Positions 12,069 to 25,887 of a stretch of 64,000 nt of DNA are shown here, piece after piece (position 1 is the stretch's first letter; each line of letters begins with the position of its first letter). This DNA comes from Octopus sinensis (taxonomy: Eukaryota): positions 77,996,001 to 78,060,000 of the forward strand of contig NC_043005.1 of the NCBI RefSeq assembly GCF_006345805.1, written 5' to 3'. Under the pieces are notes generated by a model, which was given only the letters and a program-made list of their open reading frames with translations, had not been told where the DNA came from and ran no database searches. Both the position numbers and the translations under genes were made by a program.

Positions 12069-12719
12069 TGATATACGCATCGCTTGACGACCGGTGTTGG
12101 TTTGTTTACGTCCCCATAAATCAACTGTTCGGTAAAATATATCGATATAAGAAGTACCAGACTGACACACAAAAAAAACCTCTGTCAATTTCTCCGACTA
12201 AAATTCATCGAGGAGGTGCTCCAGTATGGCCACAATCTAATGACTAAATTAAATAAAAGACAAAAGATGGCCATAAACTTCCTTATTCACCGAACAAAAA
12301 GAAAAAACGAGAAAGAACGAACAAAGCCAATAACGAAACAAAACGGAAAAACGAAACATCTTCATTTTGAAAGAAAATATTTTCCCGAATGCTCGAGAGT
12401 TATTAGAATGTTTATTAAATTTCATGCTTTTTCGCTAAGTAACTCTGCCATTCCTCTAGACATCATCAATAATTGCATCAACGCTTTCAGTTTCTAAGTG
12501 ATGTTATCGAAAGAATTCTGTTGCTTTATAAATTATCTAAATATTTACTCAACTCTATTGATAGAGCAGATATATTGCTTAGGCTCCGGGAATATTTTGC
12601 ATATTATTCCAAAGTAGTTTATTTATTTATTTATCTATTTATTTTTGGTGGGGCGAGTGAATGTGAAGAGAGGGCGGCGTAAGTTAATTAGCTTAGTTTC
12701 AGATGCAAATAACACTAAA

Positions 12720-12723
12720 TCTA

Positions 12724-12795
<72 letters not shown>

Positions 12796-12800
12796 GTCTA

Positions 12801-12863
<63 letters not shown>

Positions 12864-12943
12864 TTATCTTCTTCTTTAGTTCTGTCTACATGAGTATGTA
12901 TGTTTATATATGAATACATACATACATACACATACATACACAA

Positions 12944-13025
<82 letters not shown>

Positions 13026-13193
13026 CATACATATGGGGTACGTGAAGCCGCCTTCGAGTTTATCTATTAATGAGGTTTTTACATGCCAATATTCACTGGC
13101 TAGTTTTTATAGCTTTGTGTGTAATTCGAGATATACTATTCCCGCAAAGAATTATATATTTATACATACATACATGCATCTATCTATCTATCG

Positions 13194-13268
<75 letters not shown>

Positions 13269-13269
13269 G

Positions 13270-13315
<46 letters not shown>

Positions 13316-13403
13316 ATCTATCTAAATGTATATAATATATATATATATGTGTGTGTATATATATATATATACATATATGTATGTATATGTATATATTATA
13401 TAC

Positions 13404-13446
<43 letters not shown>

Positions 13447-13490
13447 CATACACACACATATCTCTCTCTCTCTCTATATATACTCATATA
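12720..13490. repeat. Compound microsatellites (TCTA)n / (TA)n
   Basis: Long TCTA tracts at ~12720-12866 and ~13180-13325 with TA-rich tracts. Confidence 0.95.
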
Positions 13491-14079
13491 TGTCAATATG
13501 TATATCATACTAAAACAGCTACATAACTTAAAACCTAATTAACTGTGATAGTCGCCGGAGATAGTATCTCTTGTAGACGTGCATTATTAAAGCACACACA
13601 CACACACGCACACAGATATATTATTATGCGTTTTTCAGTTAATATAAGGCGGAGAGTAACCCCAAATTAGATACACAGATTTTCAGTAAAATAATCCTTC
13701 TTTCCTGTACTTTTACAAACATATGCAAATATATATGTATTAGCGTATACATATGCGTATGTGCCATATGTACACACGAGTGAAAGGCCGGGCCCTCATC
13801 TGGGATTATGTGGCCCTCGGCACGTACTAGTTTTTTTAGTCTATATGGTGTCCCAAATAACGCTCCTCACCAAGAATGCTTGGCGGAAATGCCAGTTTAG
13901 TCATCGGCGGGTACGAACACGCAATAGGCTGTTATACATTCAGCGTTCTCGAGCGATAGACTTACACACGCACACACACTCACACACACATTAATATAAA
14001 TGCATACATATATGTATATCTCTCTCTCCATCTCCCTCCCTCTTTCTCCCCCCTCTCTCTCTCTCTCTATATATATATA

Positions 14080-14498
14080 CTCTTTTACTCTCTCTGTTTT
14101 TTACTTGTTTCAGTCATTTAACTGCGGCCATGCTGGAGCACCGCCTTTAGTCGAGCAAATGGACCCCAGGACTTATTCTTTGTAAGAATGGTACTTATTC
14201 TATCGGTCTCTTTGCCGAACCGCTAAGTTACGGGAACGTAAACACACCAGCATCGGTTGTCAAGCGATGTTGGGGGGACAAACACAGACACACAAACATA
14301 TACACATACACATACATATATATACATATACATACGACGGGCTTCTTTCAGTTTCCGTCTACCAAATCCACTCACAAGGCTTTGGTCGGCCCGAGGCTAT
14401 AGTAGAAAACACTTGCCCAAAGTGCCACGAAGTGGGACTGAACCCGGAACCATGTGGTTGGTAAGCAAGCTACTTACCACACAGCCACTCCTGCGCCT
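14080..14498 (-). mobile_element. SINE family A, full length
   Basis: Reverse complement of the 8682 copy architecture. Confidence 0.9.
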
Positions 14499-14631
14499 AT
14501 ATATATATAATATAAAATTAAAATCAAAATGAGGGTTTAAAATTGGATATTAATTTGATAACATCAATTTTAACACCATTGGTCTAGCATATAAAAAAAA
14601 CTGAGATTCATAAATAGTATTTCATACATAA

Positions 14632-14760
14632 CTATAAGAGGGAATTTTTTTAACCACTATGTGAAATTCCTTACGCTAGAAGAGAATCTTAGTGGTTAAA
14701 ACCATAGCGGATCTTCTTCTAGCATAAGGGTTTCCACATAGTGGTTAAATTAAATCCCCT

Positions 14761-14765
<5 letters not shown>
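14632..14765. repeat. Imperfect fold-back next to (TA)n
   Basis: ataagagggaattt..ccactatgtg..ccttacgctagaaga mirrored by tcttctagcataagg..cacatagtgg..cccctcttat. Confidence 0.7.
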
Positions 14766-14802
<37 letters not shown>

Positions 14803-14892
14803 TAAAACTGAGGGTCAAAGAGAGAGATATTTTGAAGTGATGTACAGATATTGCTTATTTAGAATAATAAGGTTGTCAGAATGGTGGATGTT

Positions 14893-14923
<31 letters not shown>

Positions 14924-15352
14924 TATTTACATCTTATTAACATTTTTAGTGCTTTTCCGTTATCGGACTTATCAAACAATGACTCAAATTTAGCGTTTTT
15001 ATAAGGAATTTCCGGGGTTTGTCACGAAGGGAGAAAAAGGCAAAAAAAAAAATTATCGAGAAGGAGGGGATGTAAAGAGGCGTGGCTTCTGTACGGTTAG
15101 ACTTGTTTGTTTAGCACTTAGTGGCCTTTTATGCTGGGGGAGGAAAAAGAAGAGAAAGGAAAAATAATTTTTTGTATTTGAGAATTACTCTTTACTCTGT
15201 CTTTTACTCTTTTACTTGTTTCAGTAATATGACTGTGGCCATGCTGGAGCACCGGCTTTTAGTCGAGCAAATCGACCGCAGGACTTATTCTTTGTAAGCC
15301 TAGTACTTATTCTATCGGTATCTTTTACCGAACCACTATTTATATATATATA

Positions 15353-15409
<57 letters not shown>

Positions 15410-15505
15410 GGTCTCGGTTGAGTCGGGTTTAACCACAGTAAATAAGGTACTAATTTCATTGGAATGAAACAGTTCTAGTCCTGTAGAAGCTCCTTCTATA
15501 AAATA

Positions 15506-15558
<53 letters not shown>

Positions 15559-15814
15559 TGTGTGTGTATGTGTTTGTCCCCCCCAACATCCCTTGACAAC
15601 CGATGCTGGTGTGTTTACGTCCCGTAACTTAGTTCGACAAAAGAGACCGATCGAATAAGTAATAGGCTTCTAAAGAATAAGTCCTGGGGGCGATTTTCTC
15701 GACTAAAGGCGGTGCTCCAACATTGCCGCAGTCAAATGACTGAAACAAGTAAATGAGAAAAAAGAGAATGAGTGTATATATATATATATATATATAATAT
15801 ATATATATATATAG

Positions 15815-15998
15815 TTGCCATGATAGATCGATAACCACTACACACATTTTTTTTATCTCCTTGTTTTTCTGTGTTCCTGTAGAAGAGCGTAGGCTCGGAA
15901 CGTAAAATACTTTTTCAATTCCCGAGCGTTATACTAATACATCTGTTTGTTTTCTACACCACCTGTCTTCGTCTTTTGTTTTTTTCGTGAATTCTCCC
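15815..15998 (+). mobile_element. Repeat family C copy
   Basis: ctgtagaagagcgtaggctcggaacgta at ~15877-15904; ends at (TA)n. Confidence 0.7.
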
Positions 15999-16519
15999 TA
16001 TATATATATATATATATATACACGCACGCATCGTCGCTGAAAGGTTCGAATTTCCAGTACTCAGTTTTACTGATCTCCAGTCATCATCTGGTAAACGGAG
16101 CCAGCTTTTGTTTTAAAATACTAACTGTCTGAATATTCAAAAGCAACTCTGAGCACTAGAAATCGGAGCTTTTCACTTATAACTTATAACTGGGGAATCA
16201 ACAAAGATCTGTACACACACACACACATTCACACATACATGTGAATATATGTGTGTGTATGTATATCTGTATGCATATATGTATGCATGTAGGTATGTAT
16301 GTATAAACAGAGACCAGCGCGCACACACGCACACACACGCATATAATATTTGTGTATTCATATGTGCACGTGTATGTGTGTGTAGTGGGTGCTTTCAATC
16401 AGTTTTGTGAATTAAACAAACATTTAGATCAGTTGAAATTTGTCTGGAGCATATTTGTCTAGCCATTACATTATAAGTGAAATTATGGTTTGGTTTAAAC
16501 ATTTGCTTTATATGTAATC

Positions 16520-16930
16520 TTTTCTACTCTAGGCACAAGGCCCGAAATTTTTGGGGAGGGGGTCAGTCGATTAGATCGACCCCAGTACGCAACTGATATT
16601 TAATTTATCGAACCCGAAAGGACGAAAGGCAAGTCGACCTCGGCGGAATTTGAACTCAGACGAAATACCGATAAGCATTTCGCCAGGCGCGCTAACGCTT
16701 CTTATTTCTTTATTGCCCACAAGGGGTGGAACATAGAGTGGACAAACAAGGACATACAAAGAGATTAAGTCGTTCACATCGACCCCAGTGCGTAACTGGT
16801 ACTTAATTTATCGCCCCCGAAAGGATGAAAAGCAAAGTCGACCTCGGTGAATGTGAACTCAGAATGTAAAGTCAGAAATACCGCTAAGCATTTTGCCCGG
16901 CGTGTTAACGTTTCTGCCATCTCACCACCT
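16520..16930 (-). mobile_element. SINE family B train (two units)
   Basis: Tail gaaataagaa joined to gcgttagc of the next head at ~16700. Confidence 0.8.
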
Positions 16931-17389
16931 TACATTTACTTTATAGGTAATATTTCTCTTCGAGTATAAAAAGGCTATTTGACTCCTAAAGAATGGTCAA
17001 ATGGACCATGAAGCACATCAAGACTGTGTCCTTTATATTTATGTGTAATAAGCAAATGAAATCTAACCATAACCTTTTAAACATTATAGACAACTTTGAA
17101 TGGATAAAAAACAATGGTTTAATTACTTCAAATTTATCTTGTTTTCTAATGTATACAGCTTTGTACTTAACAGGTTGGTGTGTATACTTGTGTGTGTGTA
17201 TGTGTGCGTGTGTATGCGTGTGTGTGTGCGCGTGTGTGCGCGTGCGTGTAAGCGTGCAATCAGTCTAACATGCAGAAGTGGCAATAAATCCACAAAAATC
17301 GTGACAAGTGTCCTATATTTCAGCCTGGTTTCTACTCAAGACATGTGATGAAAACTGCGAGGAAGCACGCATGATAGACTGTATATTCT

Positions 17390-17600
17390 TTTCTATTCTA
17401 GGCAGGAGGCCCAACATTTTAGGGGAGGGACCCAGTCAATTAGATGGACCCCAGTGCGTAGCTGGTACTTAACTTATCAACCCCGAAAGGATGAAAGGCA
17501 AAGTCGACCTCGGCGGAATTTGAACTCAGAGCCTGAAGACAGATAAAATACCGCTAAGCGTTTTGCCCGGCGTGCTAACGATTCTGCCAGCTCGCCGCTT
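17390..17600 (-). mobile_element. SINE family B monomer (alternative tail)
   Basis: Head gcggcgagctggcagaatcgttagc; tail cctgcctagaatagaaaagaat. Confidence 0.85.
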
Positions 17601-17799
17601 TTGATAGACTGTATATTGGGCAATAATAGAGGTAATCCATATCTTAGCGGTGTCCTCTTTGTTACAAGGGTCTGTTACAAGCATATCATAGGAGGATAAC
17701 TAGATATTTTGTCCTGATGCTTTCTATTGTAGCAAATCAGGAGATGGATTTTCGTCCTTCCTTTCTTTGATCAGTCTTAGATGCTCAGCAAAATGTCCT

Positions 17800-19470
17800 T
17801 AAGACTGCCCTATCAGCTCTGAATAACCTTGGAAAATAACGAAGCACTAGTGGAACCAGCAACAGAAGAATTCATCCTAAAACCAAACCAAACACTTTCA
17901 TGCAATACAAATAAAAACCTGGCATGCTTACTTAGAATTTCAGTTAAGAAAAATGGAGAGTGCAAAATTAAGATTTGCCAGGAATAAAATAATCTATACT
18001 CGAAGAAAATGGAGATAATTCTAAACAAGGGGCAGGAATTTAATCCTCGACTCTGTCAAATATAATAGAAAAGACAAACTGCCGTGCGTGGAATACGATT
18101 TGATTCTATATGTATATTTTACAGCACATTTTATCTATCACCAAAATAAGATTTGCACAACGTAGAGGAGAGAATATAACACTAATATGAAAGAAAATTT
18201 GGATCTCAACAGACTAATTTCACGCAGGAGATATATTTTCAAATCTAAAAACATCAAATAGAAATCGAACAATGAAAATAAACAATAAGCAATATATAGA
18301 ATCAACGATATAAAATTTAAAAAAATAAATATGCAATGGGCGTTAATACAAACATTCAAACATTTATAATATAAATCAAGGTGGCGCTACTAGTAAATGC
18401 AAAAACAAACAAATAACTATATACAACATCAAACCATGGCACAACTACAAGATACTGACCAAAAAAGTCGAACTAAAGCCACGCCAACGAAAATATGAAG
18501 AAAAATCAATTCGGAAGATTTAATTTTAGGAAGTTCTAGAGGTGAAGAAATTTGAATGTGATAGTTATCTAAAGGTGGTCATTCTTAACCCTTTGGCACC
18601 AACCCTCCTGGTACAGCCCTTGGTCTTATGATACAAACTTCCTGTTTAAAATTTCGTTTTAATCTATGTTCCAAATACCCAGCTTAATAACGACTAAGAT
18701 ATTTTAATAAATTCTTCATTAATTAAAAAAAAAAAAGATTATTGAAATAAAGGCATTGTGTTTCTTAGAATAACAAAAGAAAAGCGGGGAATTAAAATCG
18801 ATAGAACTTCCTGTAAACCAACAAAAGTCCTTCCCAAAGATAAAATTATCAATAAATATCATCGTAGATTTACTGGAAACAGATGCAAGTACCAATATCA
18901 CTAAAGCAGGCTATCATTCTTAAAATTTCCTAGACAGGAAATATAAACCCAATGAAAAAATGTGGAAAACAAAGACAATAAAAATATAGAAAATATAATA
19001 AAGATATTTCAGACTTCAATTTAATCAATAACGGCAAAATGCAAACAGTGACGAAAAAGACAGACTGTCGAAATATTGTAAACGGGAAATGGGAAAAAGT
19101 GACGAAGCATGTAGCCGAACAGAGAGAATAACTAAACTGAAAAGAATTTGTCATGAAAATCAACAATGAAGTAATAGACAGAACAAACAGTTCGACTGCG
19201 ATCCAAAATGATTTTTACCAATATCTGGTTGCAATCAAAATAGAAATGAATGTAGCGACAAGAGAACTTAGAATCGTGAGGAGGTGAATGATTGGCGAAT
19301 GGATTGCCACTGACGAAAGCAATGACGTCAGTTGATATACTACACAAGAAAGAGTTCAGATGCTACACAAAATGAAAAACTGGGAAGCACCAAAAAGTTC
19401 CGCCTCTGATTGAGATATTTTAACAGGTAGATTCAAAGACATGGCTTACATATTCAAGAATCTACTGAAA
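17800..19470 (+). pseudogene. Highly decayed R4/Dong-like LINE, region upstream of RT
   Basis: Purine-rich coding-like sequence with EWIAT..MKNWEAPK resembling the KNWKAPG pre-RT motif; many stops. Confidence 0.4.
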
Positions 19471-19484
19471 GTCAGAAATTTTCA

Positions 19485-19735
19485 TTGAATGGCTCTCTCA
19501 ACAGAGAAAAAAATACATGTTCATCACATGTGGGTTTCTTTAAAACTAAACTGGATCTCTTCTTGTCAGGGGTTCCAGATGAATCTACATCTCGGCAGGA
19601 AACACAGATGTGGGCAGCGGCGTCGAACTCCCTTGTTGATCAAGTGCCACGTATCAGAGGTGCTTTCACATACTAGTGTATCTCATTCAATGGTGGTGCC
19701 CCAGCATGGCTGCAGCTTTCGGGCTGAAACATTTT
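19485..19735 (+). mobile_element. 3' end of CR1-like LINE
   Basis: FKTKLDLFLSGVPDE..AAASNSLVDQ ORF2 C-terminus; short 3'UTR ggtggtgccccagcatggctgcagc..gctgaaac. Confidence 0.7.
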
Positions 19736-20469
19736 AAAGGATTTTAATGATTTAAGGACAACGATTAAAGAAACAGGAAAGCCTACTTCATGGTCACTCG
19801 ATACTCATCTACCTATAATATATGAGGCTTTAACTATAAATAATATCGCATGATAATCTTAAAATCATCTCAAGAACAGCTAATATCGTTCCAAAGATCA
19901 AATTATAATGAATATAAAAGGATAAAACCAAAAGTTGGAGATGATGAAAGGCAGAGATGGGTTGCAAGAATAATTTTCACATTGTTTACTAGTTCCGGAT
20001 TCTGGAAGCATTAGCCATGTGCATTTAGTATAAATAGCATAGAAGTACATAAAGCGGGTCATGGGTCGATGGTTTCAAATTTTGGCACAAGGCCAACAAT
20101 TTTAAGAGAAGGAGGCCAGTTGATTACATCGATCCTAGTACTTGACATTAGTACTTTAAAGGGAAAGTTCATTTCTCCGGGATTTGTACTCAGAACGCAA
20201 AAAGCCGGAACAAATGCAGCAATGCATTTTGTTCGGCACGCAAACAATTTTATTTGCTCGTGGCCTTGTGTCATCAATAAATGACAAAAAATTTTATAGA
20301 CGCCAAAAAAAGGGAGTATTATGAAAGCTCAAATGAATATTTAGAGGGGTTCCTTTCTACAACATGCTAAACCAGATAGGGTCCATTTACAAATACCACG
20401 GGAAAACAACCGTTTTCTCTATATAGGTGATTTCAAGTTCAATGCTACAGTATACCACCAACTGGAAAT

Positions 20470-20825
20470 AATTTTCTACTATAGGCACAAAGCCTGAAAT
20501 TACATCGATCCCAGTGCTCAGCTGCTACTTAATTCAATGACCCCGAAAGGATGAAAGGCAAAGTCAACCTCGATGGAATTTGAACTCAGAGCGTAACGGC
20601 AGACGAAATACCTATTTCTTTTACTACCCACAAGGGGCTAAACACAGAGAGGACAAACAAGGACAGACATACCGATTAAGTCGATGATATCGACCCCAGT
20701 GCGTAACTGGTACTTCTTTAATCGACCGCGAATGGATGAAAGGCAAAGTCGACCTCGGCGGAATTTGAACTCAGAACGTAACGGCAGACGAAATATCGCT
20801 AAGCAATCCGTCCAGCGTGCTAAAA
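20470..20825 (-). mobile_element. SINE family B train
   Basis: Two cores; gaaatag|gtatttcgtc junction at ~20610. Confidence 0.8.
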
Positions 20826-20979
20826 CCAGTTGCAAGTAATTTTTTATGTGGTATTATATTCAGATTCAATGGGAAAACAAAACAAAACAGACATGATGTG
20901 TAGTTTCAGAAAAATGCACCCCGCCGAACGGGAAATGACGGAAATTAAGAACACTTACGTCATGTTAGATAAGATAAAA

Positions 20980-21220
20980 AGGCGCGTAGCTTAGTGATTA
21001 GGGTATCGGCTCAAGATCTTTAAAGTCGTGAGATGGATTCCGGTGGTGCAAGGTGGCCAGCCTTGTTGCATTCCGTGTCACGTTGAATCTCCCTGATAAC
21101 TACGTTAAGGGTACGCGTGTTTGTGCAGTTCTCAGCCATTTGCACGTTAATTTCACTTGCAGGCTGTTACGTTGATTGGATCAACTGGAACCCCCGTCGC
21201 TATAACCGAAGGAGAGCCTA
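20980..21220 (+). mobile_element. SINE family G (tRNA head)
   Basis: aggcgcgtagcttagtgattaggg head; tail homologous to 60497-60805. Confidence 0.75.
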
Positions 21221-21777
21221 AAGATAAGATTAATGCCACAGATAAGAGAATTAGACCAAGCATAGACAGACAAATAAATACATAAACGTTAATGAACTTG
21301 ACACAATACAATACGCACATAGAAAGGAAGACAAGCGTAAAAGAAATATGGTAGACGCGTTAAATCAATACGTCTATCTACGTCTACCAAGAGGTTTTGG
21401 TTGAAAAATAGCAAAACGCTTGTGAAAATAGGTTTCGTTCCGAGATCCCAAGGTGTTCTGAGTATTGAGAATAATTTTTAACTCCTCACCAGTAACTGAC
21501 ACGTATACAGATATGAATACATACATACATGCATATATATATACGTATATATATATATATATATATATATTACGGAGATGTACTCGCATAGCAAGTGATT
21601 TGATCTGAGAGCGTGTGCTGAAACGAAAACAATTGCAGCGTGGAAGGTGTTTGTAAGCCATTTAAGAAACACACAAAAGCCGATCGATTCACTTCAACAT
21701 TTAAGTTTAATTTGTCAAAATATTTTCGTCGCTAAAATCCGCGACCTGTTCACTGACAAAAATCCGTGCTGCATCTG

Positions 21778-21820
<43 letters not shown>

Positions 21821-21834
21821 ATCTCTATATCTAA

Positions 21835-22040
21835 CTAACTCAGAACGCGTTCTCAAGTAATCGATTTTCGAGTGATCTTTCGTTATTTTTTCCCTCTATG
21901 CCTACGTGAATTATTTTTGAGTATACATTGTCTGGGAGACTCTTCTTATAGTAGGGGAAATAGCTAAATTTTTTTGCTTCTATTTCTAAAAGTTCGGTGT
22001 GTGGTAAAGTATTTTTTTTTGCTGAACCCTTATTATGTAT
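21835..22040 (+). mobile_element. Fragment of the hammerhead-unit family seen at 6165 and 38393
   Basis: gttctcaagtaa and ctatttctaaaagttcggtgtgtggtaaagt shared with 6690-6720 and 39085-39250. Confidence 0.55.
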
Positions 22041-22090
22041 ATATATATGTACATATATGTATAAGTATATATGTATATATATGTATATAT

Positions 22091-23230
22091 AATTTTAAAA
22101 ATAGGATAAAATCTTCATAAGAATTTATCAAGAAGTCAGCGTGAAAAACTTCAAGAGAAAACATCCACCAATTATTTCACTTAAATATATTTATCTATAT
22201 TATATAGAGGGCACTATTACACATAGATGCCACACGCTAGGAAGGGACTCTTAAAGTCAAAACTATTAAAATAAATAAACATGTCCTACCGAATGCAACT
22301 CTCGAAGCAAGTCATTTAAAAACAGAATTCTGCTGCATATCACCTGTGATTTCGTAATCAGTGCAGTGGCGTGCACTCTTTGCGCATCAGTGCAAGCATA
22401 ATTCAAGATTTATAATGAATGAACAAAATCAACATACCAGACGAACAACCATCGTATCCAACGTAGTATTTGGAAATCTTCACCCCTTATACATCTATGT
22501 AAATGGCGGGTTCTTTCGAATTGCATTTCGGTAACAACGTGCTTATTCGGAATAAAAATTCAGTATTGAATATACTCCGGTTAAATTTACAATTTAAAAA
22601 TAGGATAAAATCTTCATAAGAATTTATCAAGTAGTCAGCGTGAAAAACCTCATAAGAGAAAACATCCACCATTTTTTTCACTTAGATACATTTATTTATA
22701 TTATATAGAGGGCATTATTACACATAAATACCACACGCTAGGACGGACTCTTAAAGTCAAAACTACTAAAATAAATAAACATATCGTACCGAATGCAACT
22801 GCCGAAGCAAGTCATTTAAAAACAGAATTCAGCTTCATATCACCTGTGATTTCGTAGATTTTATCCTATTTTTAAATTTTAAATTTAACCGGAGTATATT
22901 CAAGACTGAATTTTTATTCCGAATAAGCACGTTTTTACCGAAATGCAATTCGAAAAAGCCCGCCATTTACATAGATGTATAAGGGGTGAAGATTTCCAAA
23001 TACTACGTTGGATACGATGGTTGTTCGTCTGGTATGTTGATTTTGTTCATTCATTATAAATCTTGAATTATTCTTGCACTGATGAGTAAAGAGTGTACAC
23101 CACTGCACTGATCCCGAAATCACAGGTGATATACAGCTGAATTCTGTTTTAAGTGACATGCTTCGAGAGTTGCAATCGGTACGATATGTTTATTTAAGTA
23201 GTTTTGAATTTAAGAGTCCCTCCTAGCGTG
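22091..23230. mobile_element. ~499-bp tandem unit plus inverted copy, hammerhead-bearing
   Basis: Direct repeats start at 22101 and 22600; inverted copy 22857-23230 of ~22235-22612; hammerhead motifs at 22331-22397(-) and 23072-23137(+). Confidence 0.8.
23072..23137 (+). ncRNA. Type I hammerhead ribozyme-like motif
   Basis: CUGAUGA 23079-85; 30-nt helix II with agtgta/tgcact; GAAA 23116-19; helix III atcac-ag-gtgat; triplet AUA; helix I weakened here but intact (tgca/tgca) in the 22331 copy. Confidence 0.6.
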
Positions 23231-24240
23231 AGATGCTTCAATTTTCATGATAACTTGTAGGTTTAATAAAATAAAGTAAAGTAAAATAAGATACAATAAG
23301 GGAGAATACAAAAGGTGTAATAGGGAAAAATCGGATATTTACAAGCAAGTTGTAAAAGGAAAAAATAACAGTAATAATAATAGTGAGAGAGACGAAAGTG
23401 AAAAAAAGACAGACATATCAATGTGTATGCACGTCTATATGTGCAGTAAACTACAACATAAAAATAAGAATAAAAATCTAACGGATATGTTTAATAAAAT
23501 GGTAACTGGTCGAGACGAAGTATAATGTAAACAGGGCCACGTGTTTATAGTAGAATATAACGTAACAGGTGCACTAACAGAAAAGAACCAAAGAGAGTTA
23601 TATATATATAATATTAATATTGGAAAACAAATATAAATATATATATATATATATATATACATACATAAATACATATACATATATATATGCATACACACAC
23701 ATATATATATATGTATATACATACATATATATATATACAGAAACATACATACGTACATACATATACATACATATATATATACATATATACTTACATAAGT
23801 ATATATATATAAATACATATACATACATACATATATATACACACATATATATATATATACATACATACATATATATATGCAGGCATGCATACATACATGT
23901 ATATACATATACATACACATATATATATATACACAAACATACACACATATAGATGCACACATACATACATATATATATGTATATATATATACATACATAT
24001 ATATATGTATGTATATATATATATATACATACATATAACGTCGCAAGAAATTTGAAAAGCTAAACGCGAAACCGGTCTTTGTTCTAAATTATGTCATTGT
24101 AAGGAAAAAAAAAAATTTTATATTCTTCAGACATATTGACGCAAATATATATATTTTTTAACCTTTAAGCCTTCTGTAGTTTTTTCACTTTTTACTATTT
24201 TCTATATATTCAACCACGTACTTTCACAAACCAACTTTCT

Positions 24241-24277
<37 letters not shown>

Positions 24278-25295
24278 ATATATATATATATACGCACACA
24301 CCCACATATAGAGGGATGGTGAAGCAAACAAGAAAAATAGAACTCCAATTATGAGTGTATCTATATTTTTAGTAATATCTAACAGAAGCAACAAAGTGAC
24401 TCAAAGGCCGGAATTATCGTGCGTTGCGACCTATAATTCACGCGCCTGTGTGTGTAAGGAATTACTTTATTTCCTCCTACAACGAGTAAGTTAGCCTTAT
24501 TCTATTTCTGAATGTGATTTATTTTTCATTTGTGTCTTCTTTACGAAACTTAATTATTTTCTCATTTTGTTGCCCCGCTGTCTTCTTATCGAACATTGTC
24601 AATTGTAATTTGGAAAGCTTTCGCCAGAAAGAACTCTCAAAATATGTGTCTATCTAATTAGGATTGTTTAGATAATAAACCCGTTTGTTACCTGCGGCTA
24701 TAATGAAATGGAAATATAGATATTTTGCTAAGTCAGCATATTAAAATAGAAAATCTCTAAGATACAGCAACAGAATTATCAAATACATATCTATGAATAT
24801 AGCCACTGAAACACATAGATGTATCTGTTCTAAGCATTTACAGATATGCATAATTACACGAGTATTTGCATATGAGACTCTGTGTGTGTGTTTCTGTGTG
24901 TCTGTGTGCGAGTGTGTCTCTGTGTGCATGTGAGTATGTATATGAGTGTCAGTGTATTCTGTAATACTTACTCAAACACTGCACGTGCTCGCACACATCA
25001 ATATATCCACAGACACACGCGCACGCCCACACATAAACACGCATACACAAATGTATATGTATGTATATGTAAATGGTATATGAAGGCGGCATCCCATCAT
25101 GGGCTCAGTCCAATGACTAAAACTTATGACCCAAAATACACGCACACACGTACACACACATATAAGTGTATATATATATATATATAACTATGTATATAAT
25201 AATGTACATATATATATATATATATGTATATATAAATATATGTACACACATATATATATATGTATATACACATGTATATACACATGTATATAAAC

Positions 25296-25343
<48 letters not shown>

Positions 25344-25649
25344 GTATATATATATGTATATATTATATATGTATATATGAATATATATTTATACATATGT
25401 GTATATATATATGTATATATATATATGTGTATATATGTGTATATATGTAAATGTAAATATATATGTATATAATATATATATATAATATATATATATATAT
25501 GTATGTATTATAGCATTCCACTAAATATATACACGCATGAAGACTCGTGTACACACGATGCACACACACTCACTCACAAATATAGCTACATAAATTTTTT
25601 GTTTAGTTGTGTTGTGATTGTTGTTGTTTTTATATATATATTTCCTCTC

Positions 25650-25766
25650 GTTGTCATAGCAATTGCAATTAAACGTAATTAACAGCTTTATTATTAATGG
25701 TTAATCTCAATTTCTACGAGTTTCATTCTTTAGCGTATAAGATTGTCTTCCGTTGCTATAGCAACG
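25650..25766. promoter_or_regulatory. Pair of RFX X-box-like motifs
   Basis: gttgtcatagcaat (25650-63) and perfect palindrome cgttgctatagcaacg (25751-66). Confidence 0.45.
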
Positions 25767-25887
25767 TAGAATGTCTGAATGCGTCGCTCTATTATACAAA
25801 TTTCGCTGAACAACATATAGCCTCGTATGAATTTGTGTATACTATAGATAATTATAAGCTACTTCTCTGTTGGCAGGAAATATCAAA

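Noticed and set aside
21570-21785. Repeat (also ~43930-44030) with ctgagagc..gctgaaac and a gtcgc/gcgac hairpin
   Set aside because: Core incomplete; cannot be supported as a ribozyme.
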